From an uncultured Gammaproteobacteria bacterium (GTDB lineage Bacteria > Patescibacteriota > Microgenomatia > Levybacterales > GWA1-39-11): DNA of 64,000 bases. Numbering within the stretch: position 1 is the first letter of the stretch; each line of letters begins with the position of its first letter. Shown one piece after another: positions 1 through 9,681 of the stretch. The stretch spans positions 92,522-156,521 of the forward strand of contig CAZYWG010000002.1 in NCBI GenBank assembly GCA_964651815.1, written 5' to 3'. Position numbers and translations under genes: made by a program. Under the pieces are notes generated by a model. It did no database searches, was not told where the DNA came from, and saw only the letters and a program-made list of their open reading frames with translations.

Positions 1-918
1 CAGCCGTGGGTTAAGTTCTATGACATAATAGTCAAGATTTGAACCATTCTTTGGATTAGGATTTAGTGCAAATTGCACGTTGCATTCACCAATTACGTCA
101 AGGCTTCTTACAATTTGAATTGCAATAGAACGGAGCGCGTGATATTCAAAATTATTCAAAGTCTGGCTTGGCGCAATAACAATAGATTCTCCCGTATGGA
201 TCCCGAGTGGATCCATATTTTCCATATTACAAACTGTTATGCAATTGTCATAATTATCTCTGACCACTTCATATTCAACCTCTTTATAATGATGTAAATA
301 TTTCTCAATTAGAATTTGGGATACAAAAGAAAATGCTTTTGTTGTAATTTCTTTTAATTCCGAAGAGTTATGAGCAATTCCGGAACCTTGGCCTCCAAGG
401 GCAAACCCAGAACGAATCATAACCGGATATTTGAGTTTTTCGGCAACTCTAAGCGCTTCTTTTTGACTCGTTGCCGTTGCGCTTTCCGGTGTTGCAATTT
501 TGAGCTTCCTCAAATGGTTCGCAAATTTTTGTCTATCTTCTGCGATATCAATTGTTGAAACTGAACTCCCAAGAACCACAACTCCATATTTTTTAAGAAC
601 TCCGCGGCGTGAAAGTGCCAAACCGCAATTTAGCGCCGTTTGTCCGCCGAATGAAAGTAGTATTCCATCAGGTTTTTCTTTTGCAATTATTTTCTCAACA
701 AAATAATCATTCACCGGTAGGAAGTAGACCGTATCTGCCAAATATTCGGACGTCTGGATTGTTGCAATATTGGGATTAACCAAGACTATTTTAATACCCT
801 CTTCTTTCAGTGCTTTTATTGCTTGGGAGCCGGAATAATCAAACTCACCTGCCTCACCTATCTTAAGAGCTCCCGAACCGAGAACCAGTACTTTTTTGAA
901 TTTAGTATTATGAACCAT
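1..918 (-). CDS. carB: Carbamoyl-phosphate synthase large subunit, N-terminal part (runs off window edge)
   Basis: Manual translation from ATG at 918 gives MVHNTKFKKVLVLGSGALKIGEAGEFDYSGSQAIKALKEEG, the CarB N-terminus; lies downstream of carA. Not in the ORF track. Confidence 0.95.
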   Translation of the reverse strand, partial: MVHNTKFKKVLVLGSGALKIGEAGEFDYSGSQAIKALKEEGIKIVLVNPNIATIQTSEYLADTVYFLPVNDYFVEKIIAKEKPDGILLSFGGQTALNCGLALSRRGVLKKYGVVVLGSSVSTIDIAEDRQKFANHLRKLKIATPESATATSQKEALRVAEKLKYPVMIRSGFALGGQGSGIAHNSSELKEITTKAFSFVSQILIEKYLHHYKEVEYEVVRDNYDNCITVCNMENMDPLGIHTGESIVIAPSQTLNNFEYHALRSIAIQIVRSLDVIGECNVQFALNPNPKNGSNLDYYVIELNPRL

Positions 919-967
919 GAATCAAGAATTATAGTTTGCATTTTTTTGCTCCCCTAATTCTTAATGC

Positions 968-2026
968 CTAATTCCTAATTTTTTTGACTTTTTCAAGGAA
1001 ATAATCAAATATCCACTCAGTATCCGTTGGCCCTGGACACGCTTCAGGATGAAATTGCGCCGACATAAACGGAAGGCTTTCATGAATGATCCCTTCATTT
1101 GTCCCGTCATTCGCGTTTGTAAACCATGGGACAAAACCCTGCGGAATTTTAGAAACTGCAAACCCGTGATTTTGAGTTGTGATAAAACAACGATTTGAAG
1201 ACTCCATAAGACATGGCTGGTTTTGGCTTCTGTGTCCGAATTTTAGCTTTTGTGTATCTCCACCTGCTGCTAGTGTAAGCAATTGATTTCCAAGACAGAT
1301 TCCAAGGGTCGGGATTTTTTTTGCGAGCGCTCTTTCTATATTTCTTATTGTTTTTGTGGCCATTTTGGGGTCTCCCGGACCATTAGATATAAGTATGCCA
1401 TCGAATTTCTCTGATTTTGAACCATTGAAAGGATCATAATCCCATGGCACAGTTATTACATTTACATCCCTTTTAACGAGCGCTCTTTCTATATTTCTTT
1501 TTGCTCCACAATCAATTAAAAGTATTGTTTTAGAGTTATGGTTTTTCCCTAAACGAGTAATTTTTTTGGTTGAAACTTGCGCTACTAAATTATCAAGATT
1601 TGGATCATAAAATTCTACGTCACGGTCTAAAATAATTTTGCCCAACATCGCTCCTTTTGTCCTAATTTTCTGGGTTAAAAAACGCGTGTCGCGGATCTGA
1701 AGCAAGGGTATATTTTCACTTTTAAACCAAGAAGACAGCGTTTTTTGGCTTTGAAAATGAGAGGGTGTATCAATATATGAAGAAACAATTAAGCCCGATA
1801 CCATAATGTTGTCAGACTCCCAAAATTCTTTGTTTGGAATGCCATAATTACCGATAAGTGGATAAGTAAAAATTAAAATCTGTCCTTTATATGATGGATC
1901 TGTTAAGCTTTCCGGATACCCCATCATTCCAGTTGAAAATACTACTTCTCCTGCAACCGATTTGTTACCACCAAATGACTCACCCTCAAATTTTGTGCCA
2001 TCATCTAATATTAATTTTCCGTTCAT
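968..2026 (-). CDS. carA: Carbamoyl-phosphate synthase small subunit
   Basis: GEVVFSTGMMGYPESLTDPSY, SNGPGDP, GICLG and QFHPEA motifs; probable start MNGKLILDDG at 2026. Confidence 0.97.
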   Translation of the reverse strand: MNGKLILDDGTKFEGESFGGNKSVAGEVVFSTGMMGYPESLTDPSYKGQILIFTYPLIGNYGIPNKEFWESDNIMVSGLIVSSYIDTPSHFQSQKTLSSWFKSENIPLLQIRDTRFLTQKIRTKGAMLGKIILDRDVEFYDPNLDNLVAQVSTKKITRLGKNHNSKTILLIDCGAKRNIERALVKRDVNVITVPWDYDPFNGSKSEKFDGILISNGPGDPKMATKTIRNIERALAKKIPTLGICLGNQLLTLAAGGDTQKLKFGHRSQNQPCLMESSNRCFITTQNHGFAVSKIPQGFVPWFTNANDGTNEGIIHESLPFMSAQFHPEACPGPTDTEWIFDYFLEKVKKIRN

Positions 2027-2054
2027 TATCTTGCGTCCCCGATTCAATCGATGT

Positions 2055-2077
2055 AAAAAAAAAGCGCCGAAGCGCTT
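2055..2077 (-). terminator. Intrinsic terminator/attenuator in the carA leader
   Basis: Minus strand AAGCGC-TTCG-GCGCTT running into a T tract (C-UUCG-G tetraloop). Confidence 0.85.
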
Positions 2078-2082
2078 GTAAT

Positions 2083-2127
2083 CTAATCTAAGTTTTTATT
2101 TTTAACAATTTCAAAATCTCTCTGCAT
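2083..2127 (-). CDS. Putative carA leader peptide MQRDFEIVKNKNLD (14 aa)
   Basis: ATG at 2127; TAG ends at 2083, 5 nt before the terminator stem. Confidence 0.5.
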   Translation of the reverse strand: MQRDFEIVKNKNLD

Positions 2128-2152
2128 ATAATCTGTTATCCAGCTTTTGCCC

Positions 2153-2183
2153 AAAAAAAACCAGAAGTTTTTTTACCTTCTGG
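2153..2183 (-). terminator. Promoter-proximal terminator in the carA leader
   Basis: Minus strand CCAGAAG-9 nt loop-CTTCTGG-T8. Confidence 0.75.
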
Positions 2184-2189
2184 GATTAT

Positions 2190-2218
2190 AATTTAACAAA
2201 AAAGTGTGTCTAGGTCAA
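2190..2218 (-). promoter_or_regulatory. Sigma70-type promoter of carAB
   Basis: TTGACC-17 nt-TAAATT with an extended TG. Confidence 0.7.
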
Positions 2219-2324
2219 GTATCTAAATATTTACGAGTGCAAAAGTGATCTAGATTTAGTTAATATGCGTTCTTGATTTTTATATGATTACACGATTATA
2301 GTATGTATATATAACGATAATTAT

Positions 2325-4730
2325 ATGCAGGAAGCATACAAGTATCTTAGAAGCTTCAACAGGCAGGATATAATACGAATATTAATTATTGGTGTTATTT
2401 ACTATGTTACAGGTAAATTTGGATTAAAATTTGCCTTTGTTAATCCTAGCGCCACGGCAATTTGGGCTCCCACAGGAATTGCAATTGCTTCAATATTACT
2501 CTATGGGAAAAAAATGTGGCCTGCAGTTTTTTTAGGGGCATTATTCACAAATCTCACAACGGCTGGGACAATTGGAACTTCAGTTGGAATTGCTATAGGA
2601 AATACACTTGAAGGGGTTGCAGGCGCATATTTAATAAAAAAGTACGCAAACGGCATAAAATCATACGAGAAAGTTCGCGATGTTTTTAGCGCAACCCTTT
2701 TTTCTTTCGTTGCAACAACAATTAGCGCAACTATTGGCGCGACGACTCTATTAGTAGCAGGCCTGAATAGCCTTAACAACTATGCCTCTGTTTGGACAAC
2801 TTGGTGGTTAGGGGACGCAGCTGGTGCTGTACTTATTACACCTCTTGTTGTTCTTTGGGCAACTTCCGTGTTTTCTTGGAAACTAAAAAGAGTAATTGAA
2901 GCTTTGTTTTTACTTATTATGCTTTTGTTTATAAGCCAAGTAGTTTTCTTGGGCAACTTTCATTATACATATCTTGCTATTCCAATTCTATTGTGGGCGG
3001 CAATTAGGTTTGGGCCAAGAGAGGCTTCCACTGCAATTTTTTTTGTTGCAGCAATCGCAACAGTTAGCACATTGTCCCATGTTGGTCCATTTATTACTGA
3101 CGGGAAAACTCTTGATCGTGCGTTGATTCTTCTTCAGATGTATATGGGAACAATTAGCATCATGACGATGATGGTTGCTGCTGTTGTTTTTGAGAGAAGA
3201 AAGAATCAGGAAGAACTTACTGGCAGCCAAAAAAGGTTCAAAGCATTAATTGAAAAAGGTTCTGATGGAATAGTCCTTTTGGATAAACAAGCAACAATTC
3301 TTTATGCTGGACCTTCAACAGAACACGTTTTTGGATATAAACCTGAAGAAGTTGTTGGCAGGAATTCGTTTGAATATATCTATTCCGGCGACAGAGAGTA
3401 CACCATGAAAGTTTTATCGGGTTTATTGCAGAAAAAGCCTGGAGAAAGTGTAAGTGCGGAATATAGGATAGTGAAAAAAGACGGCTCACTTTCCTGGATG
3501 GAAGGGATTGCAACAAATTTACTTACTGATCCAAATGTTAGTGCAGTGGTTATCAATCTGCGCGATATTAATGAACGAAAACTAATTGAACAAACGGTTG
3601 ACCAGGAAAAGGCAGAAGATGAAGCTCTTCTTGCAAGTATTGGCGACGGAATAGTTGCAACAGATAAGGATGAAAAAATTACATTGGTAAACAAAGCCTT
3701 TGAAGAAATGCTCGGCTGGCGTGAAAAAGAAGCGGTTGGGAAAAGAACAATTGAAATTTTGAAAATGCAAGATGATTCCGGCGATAAGATTGCTAAAACT
3801 GAAAGGCCACTCCAAATGGCTATTGCAAAAAAAAGAAAAATCACAGCAACGCATTATTTAATCAGAAAAGATAATACTCGATTCCCCGCCTTAATTGTTG
3901 CAACTCCAATAATACTTGATGGTCAAATAGTCGGTGGGATTAAAGTTTTTCATGACGTGACTCGAGAAAAAGAAATTGATCAAGCAAAAACCGAATTTGT
4001 CTCACTTGCTTCCCACCAGCTTAGAACTCCTCTTACAATAATAAACTGGAGTATTGAAATGTTGACAAAAAAAACTACGGGGACACTTAATCCGAAACAA
4101 AAAAAATACGTTTCAGAAGTTTATAAAGCAAGTAAAAGGATGGTTGACTTAACCAATTCACTTCTTACAATATCACGTCTTGAGCTTGGAAAAATAACTG
4201 TTGAAAATGAGAAGATAGATCTAATACTTTCCGTAAAACAAGCAATTGCAGAACTTAGTTTACAAATAAAACAGAAGGAATTACACGTTAAAGAAAATTA
4301 TTCTCTAGATAAAAAAACAAACACTATGCTTGAATCTGACCCAAAACTTTTGAATATGGTCTTTCAAAATATAATTTCAAATGCTGTAAAATATACTCCT
4401 CCAAAAGGTAACATTAGTATTGAAGTTTCAAAGGAAAAAGATAATAAGCACTTCAGTGTAGAAATCGGTGACAATGGGTACGGTATTCCAAAAAGCGAAC
4501 AGGACAAAATCTTTTCAAAACTTTTTCGTGCCTCAAACATTCAGGAATATGATCAGCAGGGAACGGGACTCGGGTTGTATATTGTAAAAGCTGTTGTTGA
4601 TCGCTTGGGAGGAAGCGTCAATTTTAAATCAGAAGAAAAAAAAGGGACTACTTTCTTCATAAAACTCCCGTTTAAAAGTCCTAAAAATAAAAAAAATGAT
4701 ATTGCAAAAACTCCATCTACAAGAATATAA
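2325..4730 (+). CDS. MASE1-PAS-PAS sensor histidine kinase
   Basis: MASE1 membrane domain (IWAPTG, WWLGD, LLWAAIRFG), two PAS domains, SHQLRTP H-box, and N/G1/G2 boxes (NAVKY, DNGYGI, GTGLGL). Confidence 0.93.
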   Translation: MQEAYKYLRSFNRQDIIRILIIGVIYYVTGKFGLKFAFVNPSATAIWAPTGIAIASILLYGKKMWPAVFLGALFTNLTTAGTIGTSVGIAIGNTLEGVAGAYLIKKYANGIKSYEKVRDVFSATLFSFVATTISATIGATTLLVAGLNSLNNYASVWTTWWLGDAAGAVLITPLVVLWATSVFSWKLKRVIEALFLLIMLLFISQVVFLGNFHYTYLAIPILLWAAIRFGPREASTAIFFVAAIATVSTLSHVGPFITDGKTLDRALILLQMYMGTISIMTMMVAAVVFERRKNQEELTGSQKRFKALIEKGSDGIVLLDKQATILYAGPSTEHVFGYKPEEVVGRNSFEYIYSGDREYTMKVLSGLLQKKPGESVSAEYRIVKKDGSLSWMEGIATNLLTDPNVSAVVINLRDINERKLIEQTVDQEKAEDEALLASIGDGIVATDKDEKITLVNKAFEEMLGWREKEAVGKRTIEILKMQDDSGDKIAKTERPLQMAIAKKRKITATHYLIRKDNTRFPALIVATPIILDGQIVGGIKVFHDVTREKEIDQAKTEFVSLASHQLRTPLTIINWSIEMLTKKTTGTLNPKQKKYVSEVYKASKRMVDLTNSLLTISRLELGKITVENEKIDLILSVKQAIAELSLQIKQKELHVKENYSLDKKTNTMLESDPKLLNMVFQNIISNAVKYTPPKGNISIEVSKEKDNKHFSVEIGDNGYGIPKSEQDKIFSKLFRASNIQEYDQQGTGLGLYIVKAVVDRLGGSVNFKSEEKKGTTFFIKLPFKSPKNKKNDIAKTPSTRI

Positions 4731-4744
4731 TGTAAGAATAGATT

Positions 4745-5152
4745 ATGGAAGAAGAGAAGAGAAAAATTCTTATCATAGAAGATGAAACCTCTGTCGCCGA
4801 TGCGTTGAAAGATGCATTATCCGTTTTAAATCTCCAAACATTTGAGGCAAAAGATGGAGAATCCGGATTCAAAATCGCATTAAGAGAACATCCGGACCTC
4901 ATTTTACTTGATATTCTTATGCCAAAAGTTGACGGTATAACAGTGCTCAGACAACTGAGAGCTGATGCATGGGGGAAAACAGTCCCGATTATAATCTTAA
5001 CCAATGTTAGTCCAGATAGCGATGCTGCTATAAACGCCGTCGTTGAAAATCAACCGGCTTTTTATTTAATAAAATCTGATATTAAGCTCGAAGACGTCGT
5101 TGAGAAAATTAAGCAAGTTTTGAATCTAGACAAAAACTCGGATAAGAATTAA
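4745..5152 (+). CDS. Single-domain response regulator (receiver only)
   Basis: ILIIEDE, DLILLDILMPKVDG and IILTN motifs; no output domain. Confidence 0.93.
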   Translation: MEEEKRKILIIEDETSVADALKDALSVLNLQTFEAKDGESGFKIALREHPDLILLDILMPKVDGITVLRQLRADAWGKTVPIIILTNVSPDSDAAINAVVENQPAFYLIKSDIKLEDVVEKIKQVLNLDKNSDKN

Positions 5153-5211
5153 GAGCCCTGATTATTTTCCTCGGACTAAATGTAAAGGCCCGTTTGAAGA
5201 AGCTCCTAGTG

Positions 5212-6420
5212 TTACTCTATGAAGGTTAAGGCAACACCTCGTTTGCCAGCTCGCCCGGTCCGCCCTATTCTATGAATATAGTCGTCATAAGAAGTTGGGG
5301 CATCATAATTTATTACATGGGTAACATCTTCAATATCAAGACCGCGAGATGCAACATCAGTTGCAATTAGAATCTGTAGCGCATCACTTTTGAAATCCTC
5401 CAATGCGCGTTGGCGTTGGTTTTGTGATTTGTTACCGTGAATTGCAGCTGCCCTAAATCCCCGTTCAACTAAAGATCGCGATAGTTTTTCCATACCCCAC
5501 TTTGTCCGCCCAAAAATTAAAACCTTGTCAAACCCTGGCTGAATTAAAAGATCATGGAGCACATCTATTTTTTGCCTATTACCAGTAAGCTCAATTACAT
5601 CCTGGTCTATGTTTTCTGCGGTATCTTGCTGTTTTACTGAAACGGTTATGGGATCTTTTACAAAAGCTCGCAGAATATCTTGCGTTTTTCCATCAACTGT
5701 GGCGGAAAAGAAAAGCGATTGGCGGATTCTAGGAAGAAGCGAGATAAGATATTGTATATCCTTTATAAATCCTATATCAACCATGCGGTCCACTTCATCA
5801 AGAACTACATTTTGGAAAAGCATCAAATTCAGTTCTCTTCTTTCAATAAGATCTTTAAGTCTTCCTGGAGTACCTATAACAAAATTGGGCTTATGGCGCA
5901 GGGCATATGTTTGACGTCTCATATTCATACCACCAATGGCTGCTATGCATTCAAGATCTGTACCTTTTGCAAAAATCCTAAATTCATCGGCAATTTGTGT
6001 CGCGAGCTCTCGAGTAGGAACAACTATTAATACTCTTTGGTTACGGTCTAAGTAAGACTTGTTGATTAATGTAATTAGAAATGCTGCGGTTTTCCCGGTA
6101 CCTGTATTTGCAATACCAATAATATCCCGGCCGGCAAGAATTTGTGGAATGGTTTTTTCTTGAATTGCCGTAGGAACTGAATATCCGTGGTCTTGAATAT
6201 TTCTTTTCAGCTTATCTGAAATGTTATATTGCGAAAATTGCACGCCTGAAGTGCTTTCTACAACTTGCGCACTTTGCACTTTTGCCTTTTTAATGAACAG
6301 GTTTGGATTAAGCGCTTTAGGTTGCTTTACGCGGCCTCTCTGAAAGCTTCGTCCACCACTTGCACTAAAATTATTACCACTTCTATTATGGCTGCGATCC
6401 CTTTGGTTTGAATAGTACAT
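5212..6420 (-). CDS. DEAD-box RNA helicase (RhlE/CshA-like, DEVD variant)
   Basis: Q motif, TGTGKT, PTRELA, TPGRL, DEVD, SAT and HRIGRTGR motifs. Confidence 0.95.
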   Translation of the reverse strand: MYYSNQRDRSHNRSGNNFSASGGRSFQRGRVKQPKALNPNLFIKKAKVQSAQVVESTSGVQFSQYNISDKLKRNIQDHGYSVPTAIQEKTIPQILAGRDIIGIANTGTGKTAAFLITLINKSYLDRNQRVLIVVPTRELATQIADEFRIFAKGTDLECIAAIGGMNMRRQTYALRHKPNFVIGTPGRLKDLIERRELNLMLFQNVVLDEVDRMVDIGFIKDIQYLISLLPRIRQSLFFSATVDGKTQDILRAFVKDPITVSVKQQDTAENIDQDVIELTGNRQKIDVLHDLLIQPGFDKVLIFGRTKWGMEKLSRSLVERGFRAAAIHGNKSQNQRQRALEDFKSDALQILIATDVASRGLDIEDVTHVINYDAPTSYDDYIHRIGRTGRAGKRGVALTFIE

Positions 6421-6426
6421 ATTTTT

Positions 6427-6684
6427 TTATCTCTCAACTTGAGGCTTAGCCTCTTTTACTGCAATTGAGCGTCCGTTAAGTTGTGTACCGTTTAATTTAT
6501 CCAAAGCTACTTTTGCCTCTTCTGGAGTTGCCATTTCAACAAAACCAAAACCTTTCCCTTGACCTGTCATTCTATCAACAATAACTTTTGCTGATAACAC
6601 TTTACCTATTTTTGCAAAACATTCTTCTAGCTGTGAATCTGTAGTTGAATAATCAAGACTACCTATAAATAATTTATTTGTCAT
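6427..6684 (-). CDS. RRM RNA-binding protein
   Basis: RNP2 LFIGSL and RNP1 KGFGFVEM; strong SD (GAGGAGG). Confidence 0.95.
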   Translation of the reverse strand: MTNKLFIGSLDYSTTDSQLEECFAKIGKVLSAKVIVDRMTGQGKGFGFVEMATPEEAKVALDKLNGTQLNGRSIAVKEAKPQVER

Positions 6685-6950
6685 TTACTTTTCCTCCTCT
6701 CTTTAAGATTTATCAATAATATACAAATATGTCTGCTCAAAAGTGAAGTGGTTTTATTTTAGGAAGAAGATACGGAGTCGAAAACTTGAGGTATCTTTTA
6801 TCTTTTGAAAAAACTAAATCAAAGTGTAAGCAGATGTATTCGTGTATTATCTACAATTATACAATCTGCAATTAATGTATATTATACCACTTTCCGGTCA
6901 AATAGCAAACTATAGGGCACCATAAGACATATTCCTTACCAAATGATCTT

Positions 6951-7319
6951 TTATATGAGCTCTTTGTGCCTAGAGACGAATTGTGCTGTTGTCCCCGATA
7001 GATAAAGCTTTTCCAGTTCTTTAAGAGTAAAAAAATCAAGCAACTGCCCTTCTGACCGCTGTATTTGATTTACGTTGTCATCTGTAAGCCTGGCATGATA
7101 ACAATATTCTGAAACAAGCTCAATTTTTTCAATTTTTATACCCATCTCCTTCTTAACCCGTCTCGCCATAGCGTTTTCAAAAGATTCTTTTTTTTCTTTA
7201 ACGCCGTCTATAAAACTCCATGGGTGATTTTCGCGGTCTATAGGACCATTGCTTTTGTACATAAGAAGCGCTTTCCCTTTATATGTTAATAGAATTGACC
7301 ATCTGGAATTATTGTCCAT
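6951..7319 (-). CDS. NUDIX-fold protein with degenerate Nudix box
   Basis: WSFIDGVKEKKESFENAMARRVKKEMG resembles GX5EX7REUXEEXGU. Confidence 0.6.
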   Translation of the reverse strand: MDNNSRWSILLTYKGKALLMYKSNGPIDRENHPWSFIDGVKEKKESFENAMARRVKKEMGIKIEKIELVSEYCYHARLTDDNVNQIQRSEGQLLDFFTLKELEKLYLSGTTAQFVSRHKELI

Positions 7320-7363
7320 GATTATATTATAGTCCTATTTTATGTAAAAAGGTGATGGATTTA

Positions 7364-8464
7364 TCAATCGATTTTAGCGAAGCTACGGCCTACTATCCAC
7401 CAAAACCCAAGAAGGGTTACAACGCTTGCGGGATTAAAAGATAACATAATTATTAATCCCGATAAAACAATAAGCTCGAATTTTTTCAGTTTTTTGTAAA
7501 AATTTTGTATTGTAATAAAAATTGTACACAATAGTAGACTGAGCCCCGCGATTCCTCCTTGTACCCACCAATCAAAGAGCAAGTTATGTGCCGAGTCAAC
7601 GTAATACCCTATCAACATGTTATGAGTCGCTAGAGACGTCTTTCTGAGCTGAATTTCGGTGTTTCCAAAGCCTGCACCAAGCAATGGATGTTCAAACCCT
7701 GAAACTAACGCAGTCTTCCAAACATCAACTCTGTTTTCGTAAAGATTATTGGAAAATACCGGTAGAAAATAAACTAAAACAATACAAAAAGTGATGATTA
7801 AAATGACATTTTTGAGCGCGATTTTTGTCCGGAAAGCTAGGAAATAAAATAAAGCTTCTATTGTTAACGCTAAAAACCCTGATTTTGAACCGGATAATAA
7901 AATAATTATAAAAGCGGCTATAAAACTGAGGATCCTAACAAGTTTCTGAAGTTTTTTTGAATTATAATCAACAAAGAAAATAAAAGGCAATAAGAATACT
8001 ATAAATGCAGCAAGTGCATTAGGCTCTCCAAGGGTCGCAACGGCGCGGGCATTTGGATTTCCTAAAATTAGGCTCGAAACAAAAATTACAAAAAGCATTA
8101 TTAAGTACCAAAACTCACGGACTTTTGGAAATTTTATTTTTGAAGCAATTAGTGAAAGGGCTAATAGGTGCCAAAGCAGAAATACTCCCTGCATTCGGAA
8201 AGCATTGCCAAAAAATGTGATGGGGGTTAACAAGAATAACAAGTGCCAAAATGAAAGAAGGAATATTAATCCTGCAAGAAAAACCTGTTTTTTGTCGAGT
8301 GAAACGAAAAAGTTAATTCCTTTTTGAAGAAGTAAAGTCATTATCAAAAAATCGATTAGGATTTCCGAAAAAATAACTTTTGGGGGTTCAAATTGGGCAT
8401 TACCAAATGGAAAAATTACAAATGGGGTTATAAATAGGAGAATAAAAACAAAAAAGCTTGCCAT
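7364..8464 (-). CDS. O-antigen ligase (Wzy_C) family membrane protein
   Basis: Multiple TM helices; TLGEPN, R..VW, PLLGAGFG and SAHN motifs. Confidence 0.85.
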   Translation of the reverse strand: MASFFVFILLFITPFVIFPFGNAQFEPPKVIFSEILIDFLIMTLLLQKGINFFVSLDKKQVFLAGLIFLLSFWHLLFLLTPITFFGNAFRMQGVFLLWHLLALSLIASKIKFPKVREFWYLIMLFVIFVSSLILGNPNARAVATLGEPNALAAFIVFLLPFIFFVDYNSKKLQKLVRILSFIAAFIIILLSGSKSGFLALTIEALFYFLAFRTKIALKNVILIITFCIVLVYFLPVFSNNLYENRVDVWKTALVSGFEHPLLGAGFGNTEIQLRKTSLATHNMLIGYYVDSAHNLLFDWWVQGGIAGLSLLLCTIFITIQNFYKKLKKFELIVLSGLIIMLSFNPASVVTLLGFWWIVGRSFAKID

Positions 8465-8508
8465 GCTTTATTATAACGCGTTGTTGAAATCTCTCGAAAT
8501 TAGTGGAT

Positions 8509-9060
8509 TTATAGTAAGTGTTTTAGGAATCCGAATATCTTACCGAAGAATGTTCCAATAGTTGAGAGAGGCGAAATTCCGCTTTGAAGTGTAGGGTTTG
8601 CCGAAGTTATTGGAGTAACAGTTGGTGAAGGAGAAGCGCTTGGGGTTGGCGATTCATCTATGTCTTTTTTGCCAACATCGCTCTTTGCTGCTTCTGAAAC
8701 TATCTTCCCGCCTTGGTGTAAGTGTGCGACACAAGAAACGTATTCTCCGTGATTTTTCCAGTGAGCACTAGGGTCACATGGAATTCCTACGGCAGCCGGA
8801 CTAACGGATGGCGAGACAGTAGGAGAAATGGTTGAACCCTCCTGATTTAAATCCTCAGTTACTGTTTGTGTGGGAGATGGTGTGACTGTATTTTCGTCAT
8901 TTACATTAACATTCTCGTTATTATCATTTGTTTGATTATTATGTACATCTGATTTTCCATTGCTGTGAATGCTTCCATTATCAACCGTTGGTTTTGCTGC
9001 AAATGCCGGGGCTACAAGTAGAGTAAGTAATGCCGCTGCAATTATTAATTCTTTTTTCAT
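8509..9060 (-). CDS. Secreted low-complexity S/T/P-rich protein
   Basis: Signal peptide ending AFA; S/P/T-rich linkers around a small Cys-pair domain (CDP..KNHGEYVSCVA). Confidence 0.8.
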   Translation of the reverse strand: MKKELIIAAALLTLLVAPAFAAKPTVDNGSIHSNGKSDVHNNQTNDNNENVNVNDENTVTPSPTQTVTEDLNQEGSTISPTVSPSVSPAAVGIPCDPSAHWKNHGEYVSCVAHLHQGGKIVSEAAKSDVGKKDIDESPTPSASPSPTVTPITSANPTLQSGISPLSTIGTFFGKIFGFLKHLL

Positions 9061-9072
9061 GCTCTAAGTATT

Positions 9073-9100
9073 AGAACGGATGATAATCCAAAATGTTACA
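9073..9100 (-). promoter_or_regulatory. Putative ECF-sigma promoter of the secreted-protein gene
   Basis: Minus strand TGTAAC-16 nt-CGTTCT, fitting the AAC/CGT ECF consensus; divergent from the ECF gene. Confidence 0.6.
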
Positions 9101-9150
9101 AACTCAGTTGTTGAACGTTCTAATGTATAGGTGATACAATGTGCCCTCTG

Positions 9151-9681
9151 ATGGGAGAAGATACTGAAAAGCTCATCGATAAGGCAAAAAACGGAGATAA
9201 AAGTGCATTTGGAATTATATATAAAGAATATTATCAACGTATATATAGGTATTGCAGGATAAATCTTTATAGTAAGGTTGCCGCGGAGGATGTTTGCCAA
9301 GATGTTTTTATAAAAGCGTGGAAAGCTCTACCAGGATTCACTTTAAAAAATGGGGGGACTTTACAGGCGTTTTTATTTAGAATTGCGCGCAATTTAATAA
9401 TTGACATTTCAAGAAAGAAAAAGGAAGTTTCAATAGATGAAGCGCTTGAAATACCAACCGATGAAGATTTAATTGAAGACCTTTCAAAAAAAACAGAAAT
9501 TGAGCAAGTTAAGAAGGCATTTGAAAAGCTAGAAGATCGCGATAGACAAATAATATTTTTGAGATATTTTGAGGATTTAAGCCATTCGGAAGTGGCAAAA
9601 ATTATTGGAATTCGCGAAGGAGCATTAAGGGTCAGAACAATTAGGTTACTCAAAAAGTTAAAAACAATAATTGAAATATGA
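9151..9681 (+). CDS. ECF RNA polymerase sigma factor
   Basis: Region 2 (AEDVCQDVFIKAW, FLFRIARN) and region 4 HTH (EDLSHSEVAKIIG); start at 9151 or 9139. Confidence 0.93.
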   Translation: MGEDTEKLIDKAKNGDKSAFGIIYKEYYQRIYRYCRINLYSKVAAEDVCQDVFIKAWKALPGFTLKNGGTLQAFLFRIARNLIIDISRKKKEVSIDEALEIPTDEDLIEDLSKKTEIEQVKKAFEKLEDRDRQIIFLRYFEDLSHSEVAKIIGIREGALRVRTIRLLKKLKTIIEI

